From NCBI GenBank assembly GCA_964016885.1, contig OZ024743.1, positions 22,506,001 to 22,570,000 on the forward strand: a stretch of DNA of 64,000 bases. Direction: 5' to 3'. The position numbers and the translations under genes are program-made. A model generated the notes under the pieces. It did no database searches and was not told the DNA's origin. It saw only the letters and a list, made by a program, of their open reading frames with translations. Of the stretch, positions 39,441 through 53,292 are shown piece after piece. The stretch's first letter is position 1, and each line of letters begins with the position of its first letter. This DNA is from Eledone cirrhosa (taxonomy: Eukaryota).

Positions 39441-39930
39441 TTTACACTAACATAAATGTCTGTGCCTATGTGTATGTATGTGCTGACACACACCCACCCA
39501 CAGAGAGTATCTATGAACCTTGTTTCTGCAAATATTAATTCTTCAGAAAAGATTTCATGTCTAAATAGTAAAGTATGTATCTTTTTACATAAGTTGGTCA
39601 GTTCCTTTCATTCTCAGTAGACTAAGCAGAAAATTTCACTGATAATCTTAAACGATCCACAGGCAGAAACAGATGTCTCACCACCATTTTATATCCACAT
39701 TGTTCGTTTAATAGTTACTGCCTACTTCTATAGTCTTTGAAATATTTGTTGAAGAATATCATGCTGGTGTTGTTATGGTTCACATCTGTGTATAATTAGC
39801 TAGCCCTCTATGATGTTGCATCTCAGTGAATGTGTCTCAGGTGTTTTAACCTATTTTATATCAGCATGCCTGAAACTGCCTTGGTTTTTATCATATAAAA
39901 TTACCAAATTTAATGGTTGTACATATATCT

Positions 39931-40003
39931 TGACTTGCAGTTCAATGGATAATACACCTGACTAGGGATCTGGAGATTCAAAGTTCGACTTCTGTCAACC
40001 TTC
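39931..40003 (+). pseudogene. Degenerate tRNA-Arg(ACG)-like sequence, probably the head of a short SINE
   Basis: CAATGGATAATACACCTGACTAGGGATCTGGAGATTCAAAGTTCGACTTCTG aligns by eye with eukaryotic tRNA-Arg-ACG (CAATGGATAACGCGTCTGACTACGGATCAGAAGATTCCAGGTTCGACTCCTG). The acceptor stem is broken. Confidence 0.7.
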
Positions 40004-40087
40004 ATATGCTTCAGTTTTGAAGATGTTTTTTGTAGTGCACCTGAGTACTGTACACAATAATTTTCATATTTCATAATTATCCTCCTC

Positions 40088-40402
40088 ATTTTTACGTCCG
40101 CTTTTCCCTGCTTGCAAGGGTGGGACGGGAACTGATTCTGGCTTGATTTCTACAGCTGGATGCCCTTCCTAACACCAACCTCATTTACAGTGAGTGCTGG
40201 GTGCTTTTTTTCCGCGGCGCCTCCACATCCTCTTTGCAGTGGAATGATATGGACCCCAGTCCCTATCATCTCATTTCTACAGCTGAGTAAACTGGAGCAA
40301 TGTGAAATAAAGTGTCTAGCTCAAGGAAACAACACATCACCCGGTCTGAGAATCGAACTCACAACCTTTCGATTGCAAGGCCAATGCTCTAGCCACTAAG
40401 CC
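40088..40402 (-). mobile_element. SINE-B (~315 bp): tRNA head, CORE/V-like centre, RTE-derived 3' end
   Basis: A box TGGCTTAGTGG, B box GAGTTCGATTC, centre TTCCTTGAGCTAGACACTT. The 3' part GGTTGGTGTTAGGAAGGGCATCCAGCTGTAGAAA..GGACGTAAAA is shared with the RTE 3' UTR. Confidence 0.88.
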
Positions 40403-41455
40403 AATTATATTTATGAAATTTTTAAAGGAATATTCCAAACGTCAGATAACTACTAAAATAGTTACTTCATAAAATGTCTCCAAATTTATTTTTTATTATT
40501 TTTAAAATTAATCGAAACGTAGATTATTTCATTAGAAATATGGTAATAAAAGGGTTAATGATAGGACCTCCAAGGTTCCAGCCCTGTCAATGGGCCACAA
40601 TTATATCATGGTCCCCATTCTTGTTACAGAGCCCTAGACCTATCAAAGGGCCTCATATTATGTTATTTCCGCTAATTACAAAGAAATAATTAGCATTTCA
40701 CACACACTCCTTGCCATAGATTACTAAATTTAGATAAAATAAGACAACATAGGATGCAAGTATTTTAACTTCCTAACGCCAACCACATTTACAGTATGCT
40801 GGGTAATTTTTGTCACACACACACACACACACACACAAAAGATAGCCCTGACAATAAACATTAAAAGATACAGCAATGTAGAAGACATATACATACATAA
40901 TATGAAAGAATACTGGTGGAATGTTCCAGTCAACACTCCAATAAAATGCAAGCATAACAGACCAGATATAATATAGGACAGGGAAAAGAAGGCATGCACA
41001 GTAGTGGAAGTCAGCTGCCCAGCAGATGCCAATATATCAAAGATTAGTGAAAAGGAGAACATCTATGCAGAACTAATGAGAATTCTGCAGATACTCCACC
41101 CTGACTATGCCTTCAGATTTATACCTATGATTATTGGGGCACTGGGGTAAGTTACTAACTGCCTCCGTACAAATCTTAAGAAGCTAGGCTTGATAGAACT
41201 AGAAAGAATACAACTAGTTAGGAAATTACAAATACAATCCTGTAAAACATTCCAAAATTTCATCATGTGATAACTATCACATGTATGGATACAAAACATA
41301 CACATATACACATAATTAGAAACATACAGATCTCCACATACAATAACATCCAAACCTGCATACACACACACTGACATATATACATATTTACCTAGTTGAT
41401 GTTGTCTAAATTTGAATGAGAGAGTCTTGTGTCTATTGGTAAAAATTCATGAAAT

Positions 41456-41609
41456 AATTGTTTCTACTTTTGGCACAAAGCCAGCAATTATCTCAGTGCA
41501 TTATCAACCCCGTACGGATGAAAGGCAAAGTTAACCTCGGCAAGATTTGAACTCAGACTGTAAAGGGACATAACTATGCCAGAAAGCGTGGCATCCAACC
41601 CTCTACCAA
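41456..41609 (-). mobile_element. SINE-A, internally deleted
   Basis: Tail, core and B box are present. About 20 nt are missing before ATCAACCCC. Confidence 0.8.
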
Positions 41610-44600
41610 TGAACATACATACTATCATACATACATACATAGATTTATGTATGTATGCATGTACATATGTGCAAAGCCTTTCCTCACTTAAAAAAGCTTC
41701 ACACACAGGCATTACTTGGAATCGAGTTGCAACCATCATGTGTGTATGTATAAAAGAGAAAAAGAAAGAAAAAGAATCATTATATAATTGTAGGTCTAGG
41801 AATGACTGAGTATTTAAGAAGTCTTTTCGCAATAATGAGATACCAATTACAATCCCAATGAGTGGCATATTGGGCAAATATCTTTACCATAAACCCTATA
41901 TTGAACCAAACCTTGTGATTGAAATTGGGTAGATGGAAAGTGTAGAAGCTCATCAGATGGATTGTGCCTGTAATTCAAAGATCCAGCCTGGACACATTGT
42001 GTTATGTTGATTTGGCTTGGGAATCACATAAACTGTACGCATGTTTGTAGAATACTCAACCACATCATCATCGCTTAACGTCCACTTTCCACACCAGCAT
42101 GGGTTAGACAGGTTGTCCCATTTGAAGCAAGTTGGGTCAGGTGAAAGTGTCTTGCTCATATAGAACTGTTTCTGGCTAGATTTCTACAGCAAAATACCCT
42201 TCCTAATACCAACCACATTTACAGTGTGGGCTGGGTACTTTTTGTATTCATACATATAAATTTAGAAATTGGCAGTTGAATTGTGCTAACAAGTGAATGC
42301 TCATCGTCAAAACCCATGAATGATCCATCATTATATTATTGTGTTTCATGCTGCTGGTTTTTATTTTGAATGCTTGAATTACTAGTGTGCTGCCATGGCC
42401 TATTAGCATCATATAACATTTGTGGTATCAGGATGACTGTCTCATGTGACATTTGTATGTACTGGATGAATGATTCTTATAAATATTATGAAACTTCCAC
42501 TATAGTTTAGCATAAAATGATTACTGAAGTGTAATTATAGATATGAGGAGCCTTGTATTATGGTTGTAACACTGTCTCTTTTTATATAGCTATATAATTT
42601 GTGAAGAATATTTTAGTTTTACAATATCATCTTTAGTCTGTTAGTATTTTATTGGAGTATATTTAGCTTTTTGTATTATGCTTCAGGGGAGTAGATTGTA
42701 CATCTTAAGTATCCATCAGTCTTGGGTCACTAGACTAGGGTTGTTACCTGTTTACAGGGCACAAAACCTGTGTGGATTAGAGTTAGGGTATGGGAGACAG
42801 ATTGTTATCCATGCAGTAGGTCTGAGTCTTAATATTGTTGAAATGGCAAGTGCTGAAATGTATAGTTCTAATAGTGTCACAGGATTTGTCATGATATTGT
42901 TGGTTACAGCCTTGAATGCATTAGGGATTCCAACTGCAGATTTTCCCTTAGGCTCAACTACTGACGCCTTTCCCATGAGTGACTATAGCTGCAAGGCATA
43001 GTTGCAAGTCATAGCTGCAAGGCAGGGGAGTTTTTAAATCAGTGTACATACATAGCCACCCCCAATGTAACTACTTTGTGGGTTATGTAATTAATTTGTA
43101 ATCTAATTGGGATTCTTGAGTAATTGTTACTGTTTAGACCCAGATAAATCCTGATTAAACAAACTTGAGATGATAGCATTCTAGTCATGATACCCTGTCT
43201 TTTTTAAAGTGCAGTTAGTATATCTAAAACTACATTATCCAATATGTAATTAATTCATTTTCAACCCTTATATGCTGCTTCAAACCGATTCTGGTTTTGC
43301 CATGAAAAACTACTGGTTTTAAAGTGTTCATATTCAAATCTTCCATTATAAATTTATGTAAGAAACTTTTGTTAAGCTATGTTCCAAACACCAGCTTAAT
43401 AATAAAAAGGTACTTATTTTACTGAATCCTTCCAAATTATTTATTATTTATAAAATTAATTTAAGCAGAGAGGCAATAAATTTAATTCCTAATATAGTAA
43501 GAAAATCATATTTTTTGTTTTCTATCTCTGTCAGGCATAATGTGTCATCATCATCACTGTTTTACAACATGTTCCATGCTTGCATGGGTTAGACATGCCA
43601 CATTCTTAGGTAAGAGAATCAGGCCAGGCAACTATGTCTTGCTCATATGTTCCATTTTGGCACGATTTCTTTGGGTGCCTTTCCTAATGCCAACCACTTC
43701 ATGGCATGTACCAGGTTCACTTTTTCATAACACCACTACAACCTGGCAAGGTGGACTGAGTGCTTGTTTGTGGTACCAGCACTTACACTCTACAATGTGG
43801 GCTGGGTGATATTATCAAGGCACCAACACTACTACTTTACAGAGTGGGCTGGGTGCATTATATTGTGACACCTCAGTGTACATTATAAAACATGCTCATT
43901 TGTTAAGATTGTGTGATTTGGGGAGATTGACTGCTGATTCTTGTAGGATCGAGCAGCCACAGTTAAAACAAGGGTTAGAGGGGTATTAACAGATGTTATT
44001 AATAGGAATGCAGCATAAGCAAGAAAAAACACTGTGTTTTAGGTAAGGCAAACAGCTAAATATAATCATTTCTAACATTCTGAAAGTTTGAGGGTTAGGT
44101 CAGAGTTGATTAAATTAATCCTAGTACTTAAACATTACCTATTTCATCAATGTTGTAAGTATACAAAGCTAATCAGGATTTGAACACAGAGACTCAAAGT
44201 ACTGCAAGATATTTATTCAAGCAATCTATTGATTTTACCATCTATAATATAAGCTAGTGATAGTTATTCTCTGGTTGTAAGTTGGAAATAGGAAAAGAAC
44301 AGAAAAAGATATTAGTAAACGGTGAAGTCCAATAAGGATTATTAGTGTGCTTGAGATTACATTCGTAGTAATTAACTTAATTTGAGTGTTATTAACATCA
44401 TAATATTCATCTTAACAACTAGAATAAGCTTATGATATATAACGACACTTAATATTATATAATGAATGATGAAAGAGGGCACTTAAATATACAGATTGGT
44501 TGAGAGTATAGAATAGCAATTTCTGTCTGCACCCTTTGTATATGTTAATATAGTTTTCTCAAATTGGTAATAAGAGCCTAGGTTAGAAAATAGAGCATTG

Positions 44601-44859
44601 TCTGTCACGAAACAAAAATATATATCTCATATCACCAAACTGACAGGGTACCCGACAACCAGCCAGGCAGCAATTATATCCTATTACTAATACGATGCAG
44701 TATTTTCCTGAAATGACATTCAATAGCCCCATCCACCTGTGGTAGGATCCTCCATTGGTTTTCAGCAATGAGCATTTAGTTACTTAATCAACAGAGCATC
44801 CTATTTGTGAAACTAATGAGTAAAGTAGCACGAGTCCCCTTAACAATTCTTGTACAGAA

Positions 44860-45075
44860 TTACCATGACACAATATGTGACAAGGCTGGATGTTTGAATT
44901 ACAGATACAATCCATCTGATGGGTTTCGCATACAGTTTCTGTTTACTACTAAATCTTGTTCACTTGATTGAGTTGAGCTGAGGCTATGGTAAAAGACACT
45001 TGCCAAAGATATCACACAATTGGATCAATCAAGAAACCTCATGCTTATAAAGCCAACTTCTTAATCACTCAGCTA
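44860..45075 (-). mobile_element. Old tRNA-derived CORE-like SINE remnant
   Basis: Minus strand reads TAGCTGAGTGATTAAGAAG..TGGCAAGTGTCTTTTACCATAGCCTCAG. Confidence 0.55.
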
Positions 45076-46708
45076 ATTCCTGTGTCCTGAGTTTAAGAAG
45101 GTAGCATTGCCCAGCACTGTTAGCAATGACACCACAGTAGGTTGGATGAATATTTCATTGTGTTGCAGTTGTCATTTCAATTCTTTGAATGAAATAGTTA
45201 CCCCCTATCAAGAAAGGATACAGATTTATCTCAGTTACTTATTCTTTGTTGTTCTGACCTATAACTCCTGATAGAGTTGTATGGACACTGTAGTGACACA
45301 TGGTGTTTATTGGACGTATTAAACCTAGCAGAGCCCATCCTTCTCCAAGTTGGAACACACCTGATTCTTTCAGAGAAAGAAGAAATGAAAATGATCTATA
45401 GAGGAAGAATCGATTCCAGTACTTGACCGGTATATGTTTTTATCAACTTCAAAAGGATGAAAGACAAATTTGACCTTAGTGTGCAGAAAACTGGAACAAA
45501 TACTGCTATGCATTCTATCTGAAATTCTAACAACTGTCAATTTGTCTACTTATTACTAAAAAGCAATCTAATGAGACTAGAACTACTTAGTTGCTTGATC
45601 AGCTAGGAATGGACAAATTGCACTTAAATCACATCCTACCATCTTAGAAAAGGACACATTGGATAATGTGATTCTGGGTTTCCTATACATAGAAAGGGAT
45701 ATTCACAACTGGCATGCCATTGATCATAGATCAGTTTGATCAAAGCTGACCTAGAGTTAAGCAACAATCACAACAAATATATCACAATAAAAGGAGAGAG
45801 AGACGGGGGCTAATGAGAGAGAGAGAGTGAGAAAGGAAGATTTATAGCAGATGCACTTTTGCAACCTACACCACCAAAATTCAAATGTTATCTTCAAATT
45901 TACTTACTGCTTTGTTTAGGATGCATGAATATGTTCAGTGTTTTTATACAGTAATTATAATAAATCTGATGAAGACCTTGGCTTTCCATGCACCATAATA
46001 CAAAAGAAAAGTTATAAAAGAGAGACAAGCTTATGTGTACATTTTTCTTTTTATATTATCCAAAGTGGTGGATTGGCAGAGTTGTTAGAATGTCAGATAG
46101 AAAGCTGGAAGGATTACAGCAAAACATTCTATGCTCTCCGAGTTCAAATCACCCTGAGGTCGATAAAAAAGTACTTGTTCAATACCAAGGTCAATTCATC
46201 TTCTATATCTGTCTCACTTCCTTGCTGTAATTCTCTCTCTCTCTCTCTCTTGCTGGGAGAAATCAACTGTGTTCAAACCTGAAGAGGGGATGGTTTCTGT
46301 CACATTTAAAATCCCCAAGGTGTCATGATGGTGCCTCTAAGATACCATTAGGAGTTATAAGAGTGGTAGATAAGCAAAGCAAAACATCTTGCATGTTAAT
46401 TGCATAGCTTTATATTTGGAGTTAACATCCTGTTGAGCTCAACTTTACATTCCTGAATGAATGTATTTGCTAAGTACTAAGGTTGATCTCTTTTTTAGTA
46501 CCCATCTCCAAAATTTGTAACTTTGTGCCTATGTGAGAAAGGAATACTAAGCATCAAAAGAGTTCAAGATTAACGTGTGAGTAGGGGTGGGGCAATGGAA
46601 ATGGACACAACAATAATGAAACATATTACAAAAAAAAAGAAGAAATAAAAGTAAAGAGCAACTATTTTATTCATATTTTATTTAAATTGGAATTACTAAC
46701 AATAAGAA

Positions 46709-47217
46709 ACTGGTGCAGTAATGCACCAGCTTCAGCATTCAGTAATCAGAAGAAAAGAGGTAGGTGAAAAGCCACTGTCTTCAAGCCAGCCCTTACCAAT
46801 GGTCATGAATCTTGAGTAATGACCGAAAAAATACAATCACAAAAACAAGCGACCAAAATGGGATTCCTCCGAAGGGTCTTTGGAGTAATGTTACTCAATA
46901 AAGTGCATAGCTTGGAGATCAGAGAGTCATTCCAGATAGAGCCACTACTTCTCTGAATTAAGAGATCACAGCTCTGATACTATGGGCATGTGGTTTGAAT
47001 GTCTGGATGAAAGAATTGCTGAACAGATTTTAAAGAAACCCAAGGATAGACCCCGAGCAAGATGGTTGGATAACATCCATGAGCTTGGCTGGTCATGCTT
47101 GGGGATCCAGCCAAATCAGTTGGAGATGGCTGCTTCAGACAGGATCCGCAGGAAGGAGTGTTTGAGGACTCTGCTCCTACGACCCTCACAGGAATAAGTG
47201 GGCAAAAAAGAAGAAGC
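46709..47217 (+). mobile_element. (GAA)-tailed RTE family 3' fragment
   Basis: Homologous to 33560-34063, with RPRARWLDNI. Confidence 0.8.
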
Positions 47218-47332
47218 AATAAAAAGCATGAAACCCACTACCTAATGAATTCTTCACAGTTCATTCTGAGCATTCTCATTAACAAACATAGCAACTGTTA
47301 TCAAGTAAGATAGCTCACTACACATACTCCCA

Positions 47333-47845
47333 GTATGTGTGTGCATATATGTGTGTGTGCATGTGTGTGCAGGTGTGCATGGGTGTGCAGGTATGCATGT
47401 GTTTGTGTGTATGTGTTTGTGCATGTCTGCATGTATTTGTGTATGTGTTTGTGCCTGTCTGCATGTATTTGTGTATATGTTTCTGTGCATGTCTGCATGT
47501 ATTTGTGTATGTTTCTGTATATGAATGTGCATGCATTTGTGTGTGTTTGCATATTTGTGCATGCATGTGTGTTAGGGGTGCTTAAGTGTGCGTTACGTTT
47601 ATGTGTGTGTGTGCATGCATGTGTCTATACATGTGTTTGTGAGTGTTGTGAATCTGTGTGTATCCGGGTGTGTATGTGTGGGTATGTATTAGTATGTGTT
47701 TAGTAGTGTGTTAGTGTGTGTGTGGAGGGTGTTAGTATGTGTGTACCTCTGACAGTGTGCATGTGTGTGAGTGTCCATCCATGAGTGTGCAGGTGTATGT
47801 GTGTCCCCATCCATATGTGTGTCCGTGTGTGTCCATGTATATGCA
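47333..47845. repeat. GT-rich degenerate microsatellite
   Basis: Visible TGTG/TGCATG units. Confidence 0.9.
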
Positions 47846-48407
47846 CACAGTCGATGATGTATGTGGGGGATCTAAATGTTTAATTTATTTTATGTTACAA
47901 AGATGGCAGAAACAGCAGATAGAGAAAAAAAAAGTAGGTTATCAATAAAATAAAATTTAAAAAATGTGCTTATCTAATAAATAAAAATAAATAAATCTCC
48001 TTATGTCCTAATGGTTGTTTGGTTGGTTGCTGAAATGGTTAGTTTTCTTGATTTTTTTCCTTGTTTTTTATATAAATAATCATATTTACTTATTTTCATG
48101 CGTGCACTGACTTAGAGAAATAGCATATATAAAGCCAAATGAAAAGGAGACCCTGAAACTTCGAAGTCACTGACAATTTTCTTCAAACAAAATAAAATTA
48201 ACACTATGAACCAGTATTGAGTACTCAATCAGTTAATGTTTGAAAATTTTAAATAATATAATATTTTAAACACACTGTAATATGTGTGTGTATGCGGTGC
48301 TGTGTGGTGCGGTGTGTGGGGTGGGTGTGGTGTGTGTGTCATCGTTTAATGATGATGATGTATATATGTAGGTATCATGATGATGTATATATATATATAT
48401 ATATATG

Positions 48408-49410
48408 TATCATCATCATCATCATCATCACTACTGTTTAACGTCCATTTTTTCATACTAGCATGGGTTAGACAAGTTATCTTGTTGTGAGACAAGCCAT
48501 GTCAGGTGACCGTGTCTTGCCTATACAGAACTGATTGTGGCTTGGTTTCTACAGCTGAATGCCCTTCCTAATACCAACCTCATTTACAGTGAGTACTGGG
48601 TGCTTTTTGTCATGATACCTACATGACCACTTTACAGTGTGTACTGGGTGCTTTTTGTCATGACACCTACATGACCACTTTACAGTGTGTACTGGGTGCT
48701 TTTTGTCATGACACCTACATGACCACTTTACAGTGTGTACTGGGTGCTTTTTGTCATGACACCTACATGACCACTTTATAGTGTGTACTGGGTGCTTTTT
48801 GCATGACACCTACATGACCACTTTATAGTGTGTACTGGGTGCTTTTTGCCATGACACCTATATGACCACTTTACAGTGTGTATTGGGCTTTTTGTCGTGA
48901 CACTTACATGACTACTTTCCAATGTGTATTGGGTGCTTTTTGTCGTGACACTTACATGACCACTTTACAGTGTGTGCTGGGTGCTTTTTGTTGTGAGACC
49001 AACATGGCTACTTTACTGTGTGGGCTGAGGACTTTGGTCGGAGAGGTGGGTATTTGGGCACATGTGAGGGGCTGAGTCTTAGGACATAGGAGGTAAGTGG
49101 AAGAGGTGAGAAAGGATAGAGCACACTAGAAATATTCTTCAACCTGTGCTCATGAGAGGTATGGATGAGTGGGGTGGGGTGGGTGGTGTTGAGGTGAAGT
49201 TGGTGTATACAAGTCTTCTGCACAGCGCCTAGGTCTCACTACCATGCAACAAGGTTGTTCGTATACATGCATCATTCAGTCTGCCTTTCATTTTGAGGGA
49301 AAAGGCTTTTGTAGCTAGCAGTAGTAGTAGTTCCCTGAACTTCTTCCATCCTCTTCTCACTCTGGCTACTGTACTTTCAGAACACCCACCTCCGCTGCTA
49401 ATTTTGTCTT
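48408..49410 (-). mobile_element. Internally deleted RTE derivative containing a 48-bp tandem array
   Basis: (CAT)n tail, RTE-type terminus, the array, then an ORF fragment (49215-49410) homologous to 13125-13320. Confidence 0.8.
48580..49022. repeat. 48-bp minisatellite, about 9 copies (CCACTTTACAGTGTGTACTGGGTGCTTTTTGTCATGACACCTACATGA)
   Basis: Visible repeat. It produces the 16-aa periodic ORF KKHPVHTVKWSCRCHD. Confidence 0.93.
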
Positions 49411-49878
49411 GTATATGTATGTGTGTATGTATGTATTTGTATGTGGTTGACTGCTGAAAGGACTACTCAATACCAAAGTAGAGTCATCTAATGACCTTGT
49501 GATAAATCAGCAAAACTCCAGAATAACACGACATTAAGCCTTAATAAAATGAGTATGTGTATATGTAAGTAGTTTTGATATAATAGATCATCAGAAAAAA
49601 TGAATAAGAATCTTTATTTTGAAAATATATAAAGTGTTTGAAATACATTAATTGGATATTGGGACAAAGAATTAAATTATGGAGTCTTACAATCGAAGAT
49701 GAAAAAAATAAAAGTAAAAAACGAAAAAGATAATATGACAAATGCTTTCTTAAGAAAGAAAATTGGATTGATAAAGTTGTACATCATCTTATCTTGTTAG
49801 AATTTTTACTGCCATACTCCACGAAGTTCTAACAGTATTAGTGAGCCTACCATAGAAAAGTAGTTACAAGTCTCTCTC

Positions 49879-49914
<36 letters not shown>

Positions 49915-50114
49915 GAAAATATAGAAATTATTGTGAGCAAGACGCCAACAGTATTTCATAATATATAAGTGATTATAACGTCAAAATGGAAAAGAATTAA
50001 CGTAAGATATGGGGAAATAATTCAAACTCAATTTAAAAAAAAAAATCAAAAATCCAAAAAAAAAAAAAAAAAAAAAATCAAAAAAAAAATCGAGAGATTT
50101 TACCCACAGATTTT

Positions 50115-50145
<31 letters not shown>

Positions 50146-51504
50146 CGTGCGTGCGTGCATTAAAATAAATTTTTATATATATATGGGTGATGGCAGTAAT
50201 ACAGAAGACCCAACTTCCCACTGGTACATCCAGCTGTAGAAATCACCTGCCATTGCCCACAACAGGACAACCCGTCTAACCCATGCCAGTGTGAAAGAAT
50301 GGATGTAAAACGGAGCGCGCGTGCGTGTGCAAAATGTAAAGAAAAGGACAAAGTAAACAAGAGAGTACACATATTTATATAGGCATAAAACCATGTGTTA
50401 ATTAAGATGTAAACCCATGCTATCCACTGACTCAAGCAAATACCCTTATTCACCAATCACTAAATTCAAACATGTCCTTCAAAACCATACTCTAGTCCTC
50501 TCAGTAAAACAATAACTAAGCTGCTCCATCTGGTATTGGGAAGATAAACATTATTAGACTGCAGCCATTGTTTTATGTAGTTTCTATATTAATCTGCAGA
50601 GACTACATATATACATCATTAAATTAAAGTCATTTATCATTCGTAGCTGGGATGTTATTTAACCCAAACATAGTATACTATATGTAGTTATATTATATCC
50701 AACTGCTAGTGAATTGCAAGAGAAAATAGATCAGTGTTCTCCAGTTGACAATTACCAGGGCTTAATTCAATTTGTCTTTTTTTTTTTGCATTCTTTCATT
50801 TATTCTTATTTTCTATACTCTTTCTTTTCTTCTTTCATGCATTTACGTTTTTTCTCTCTTTCACTTCTCTTCTTTTATTCTTTTCTTTTTCACATTTTGG
50901 TATTTGAGTTATTTTCTTTAGGTTTAGTTTTTCCTCATAAGCACACACATGCAGACAGCCCACACATTTGCTCATTCTATAGAACATGATGTAATATGAT
51001 AAATGTGTACACATGGGTAATAATGTTTATTATATGCTATGTATTTCAGGTTCTGAATATCTAATATTCACATTTTCATCGATGGTTACAGAATAACACA
51101 TTTCCTCGAGCAAAATAAGCTACAATTGATTGTATTAATGATATTCTTTCAAGTACACATTATTATTTTTATGTCTTTATGATAACAATATTGATACCGT
51201 GTTGTACCATATTGGTACAGTGTTCATACTTTTCTAAATATTCTTAACTTTTCCAATTTCAGCACTGACATATATAGATTAGTGCATCTGAATATCTAAC
51301 ATATAGCTGCCTATGATAGAAACTGGACTTTTCGAACTACAGGGCAGTTACTTTTAATATCCCACCTGCTGATTTGTGAAAGGACATTACAAAGGGAATT
51401 TTTCGTCTTTTGAATTGAAGTGGAACATTAGTAGAAATGATAGAATTCCTCAGAATCACTACACATGCAGCCTGTTCTCTAGTAGGAGGCAGAATTAAAT
51501 GCAA

Positions 51505-52023
51505 GAATTGCTGGAGCTGGTGCAATAATGTGCCAACTTCAGCACTCAGTCATTAGAAGAAAAGAAGTAGGTGTAAAAGCCAAACTCGCTATCTTTATTT
51601 CTACCCATGCCTATGGTCATGAATTTTGAGTGATGACTTCCCCACCACCACAAATAAAAATACGATTGTAAATACAAGCAGCTGAAATGGGGTTCCTTCA
51701 AAGGGTCTTTCAAGTAATGTTACTCAGTAGGGTGCATAACGCAGAGATCAAGGATAGTCGCTCTATGTAGAGCTGTTGCTTCTCCAAATTGATAGATCAT
51801 AGCTCCGGCACTACAGACATATTAGAATATCTAAGGAAAGAATTGCTGGACAGATTTTATGGGTAAAGCCAACTAGCAGAAGGTGAAGAGGTAGAGCACA
51901 AACAAGATGGTTGGATAACATCCATAAGCTTGGTTGGTCTTGCTTGGGGATCTAGCTGGAACAATTGGAGATGGAAGGAGTGTTTGAAGATTCTGCTCCC
52001 ACAACCCTCCCAAGAAGAAGAAG
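51505..52023 (+). mobile_element. (GAA)-tailed RTE family 3' fragment
   Basis: Homologous to 33545-34063 and 46709-47217. Confidence 0.8.
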
Positions 52024-53292
52024 GAGATGATTTTAACATGAAGATAAATATTCTCAAATGATGAGTTTTGTATCAAAGAACCACAGGCAGCTTCAACTGC
52101 TTTGGTATCAAAAAGGTTAACACAACCAAGTGTGATTCTTGTAGTATTTAGAAAGCTTTGGGAGAACCAACTCTATCAGTTTATCGACAGATAAGTCGAG
52201 TATACTCATTGTTCCTATGTCAATACAGTTTGGAGCATCTGCTTTCAATTTTTTACACTGCCTAGTTACAGCAGCTTTTTGCAAATTGCCCAGGTAATCA
52301 ATGCCAATGGACTCCGGTGTTTGTAGATAAGTGCAATTTTGTGACCTTTCTCCAAAGATATGATGAGTTTAGTGAAGCCTTAAATTCATCAGTTTGTGTG
52401 TCTCATGGAATACCAAGAATCTGCTGGCTAAAGTTAAAGATGTTCCTTCCATTATCTTTTAGTTTCTATAGTTATCTTGTAGTGACCTCTCTAGAGATTT
52501 TAGTGCTAATTTGTGAGCCATTGTACACTCATCCTAAATAATAATTCTACATTTTCTTAGAATAATAATTCTACATTTTCTTAGAATCTCTGTCAACCTA
52601 GTTTATTTTCTGATATTGTATGCAACATTTTCATTTGTTGTAAAGCTAATGGAGAACTTGAATGCAAAATGGATTGTCATGCCACTAGGCAGAACTGTTT
52701 TGATTCCAAGAGAAGCAGCTATAAAGTACAATTTGCTGATTTTGCTAAACTTTTACCTATCACAGGTTGTAAGAAATATTTTCCTAGCTCCTTCTGGTGC
52801 ATCATTGGAACATATGCTACATTTCAAAAATGTATGAATGTGCTGTTCTTTGATAAAGTCACAACATATTCACACTAGTTGTAACTTTTTAGTGAAGCCC
52901 TTCAGTGTTAAGTGTTTCATACAGAACTTCATGAAGACACTTCTATTTTCTTATTTATTTCACTAGCCATATATAAATTTATAATTTAAAAAAAGGTGCA
53001 TAAAAGAAGAAAAATTACAAAGAAGAAAATAAAAAGTACTTAGGAATGGAATGGTTCATTATTGAGAATGCACTAATCAAGCTAGTGAGACCATAGAGAA
53101 GGATTATAGTAACAAAAAAAAACTACCATCCTTTTCATGATGGCCTGTAAAAGAAGTCATTTTTTATTTTATTTACAGATTTTGAAATATTGTTTAATGT
53201 TACTAAAATATCACTAATTCCATTTAACCATAACAGGACTAAATGATGGATGCTCCTTTCTTCCAAATGATGATACTTTATATTCATTTGTA

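Noticed and set aside
44640-44780. Unique segment with CCAAT and TATAAT on the minus strand (alternative promoter?)
   Set aside because: Such short motifs are expected by chance in AT-rich DNA, and there is no supporting exon.
48580-49022. CRISPR-like array
   Set aside because: The units are contiguous with no unique spacers, there are no cas genes, and the context is a eukaryotic retroelement UTR.
52538-52585. Short tandem duplications (also near 35353, 42985 and 62990)
   Set aside because: These are ordinary slippage duplications with no further structure.
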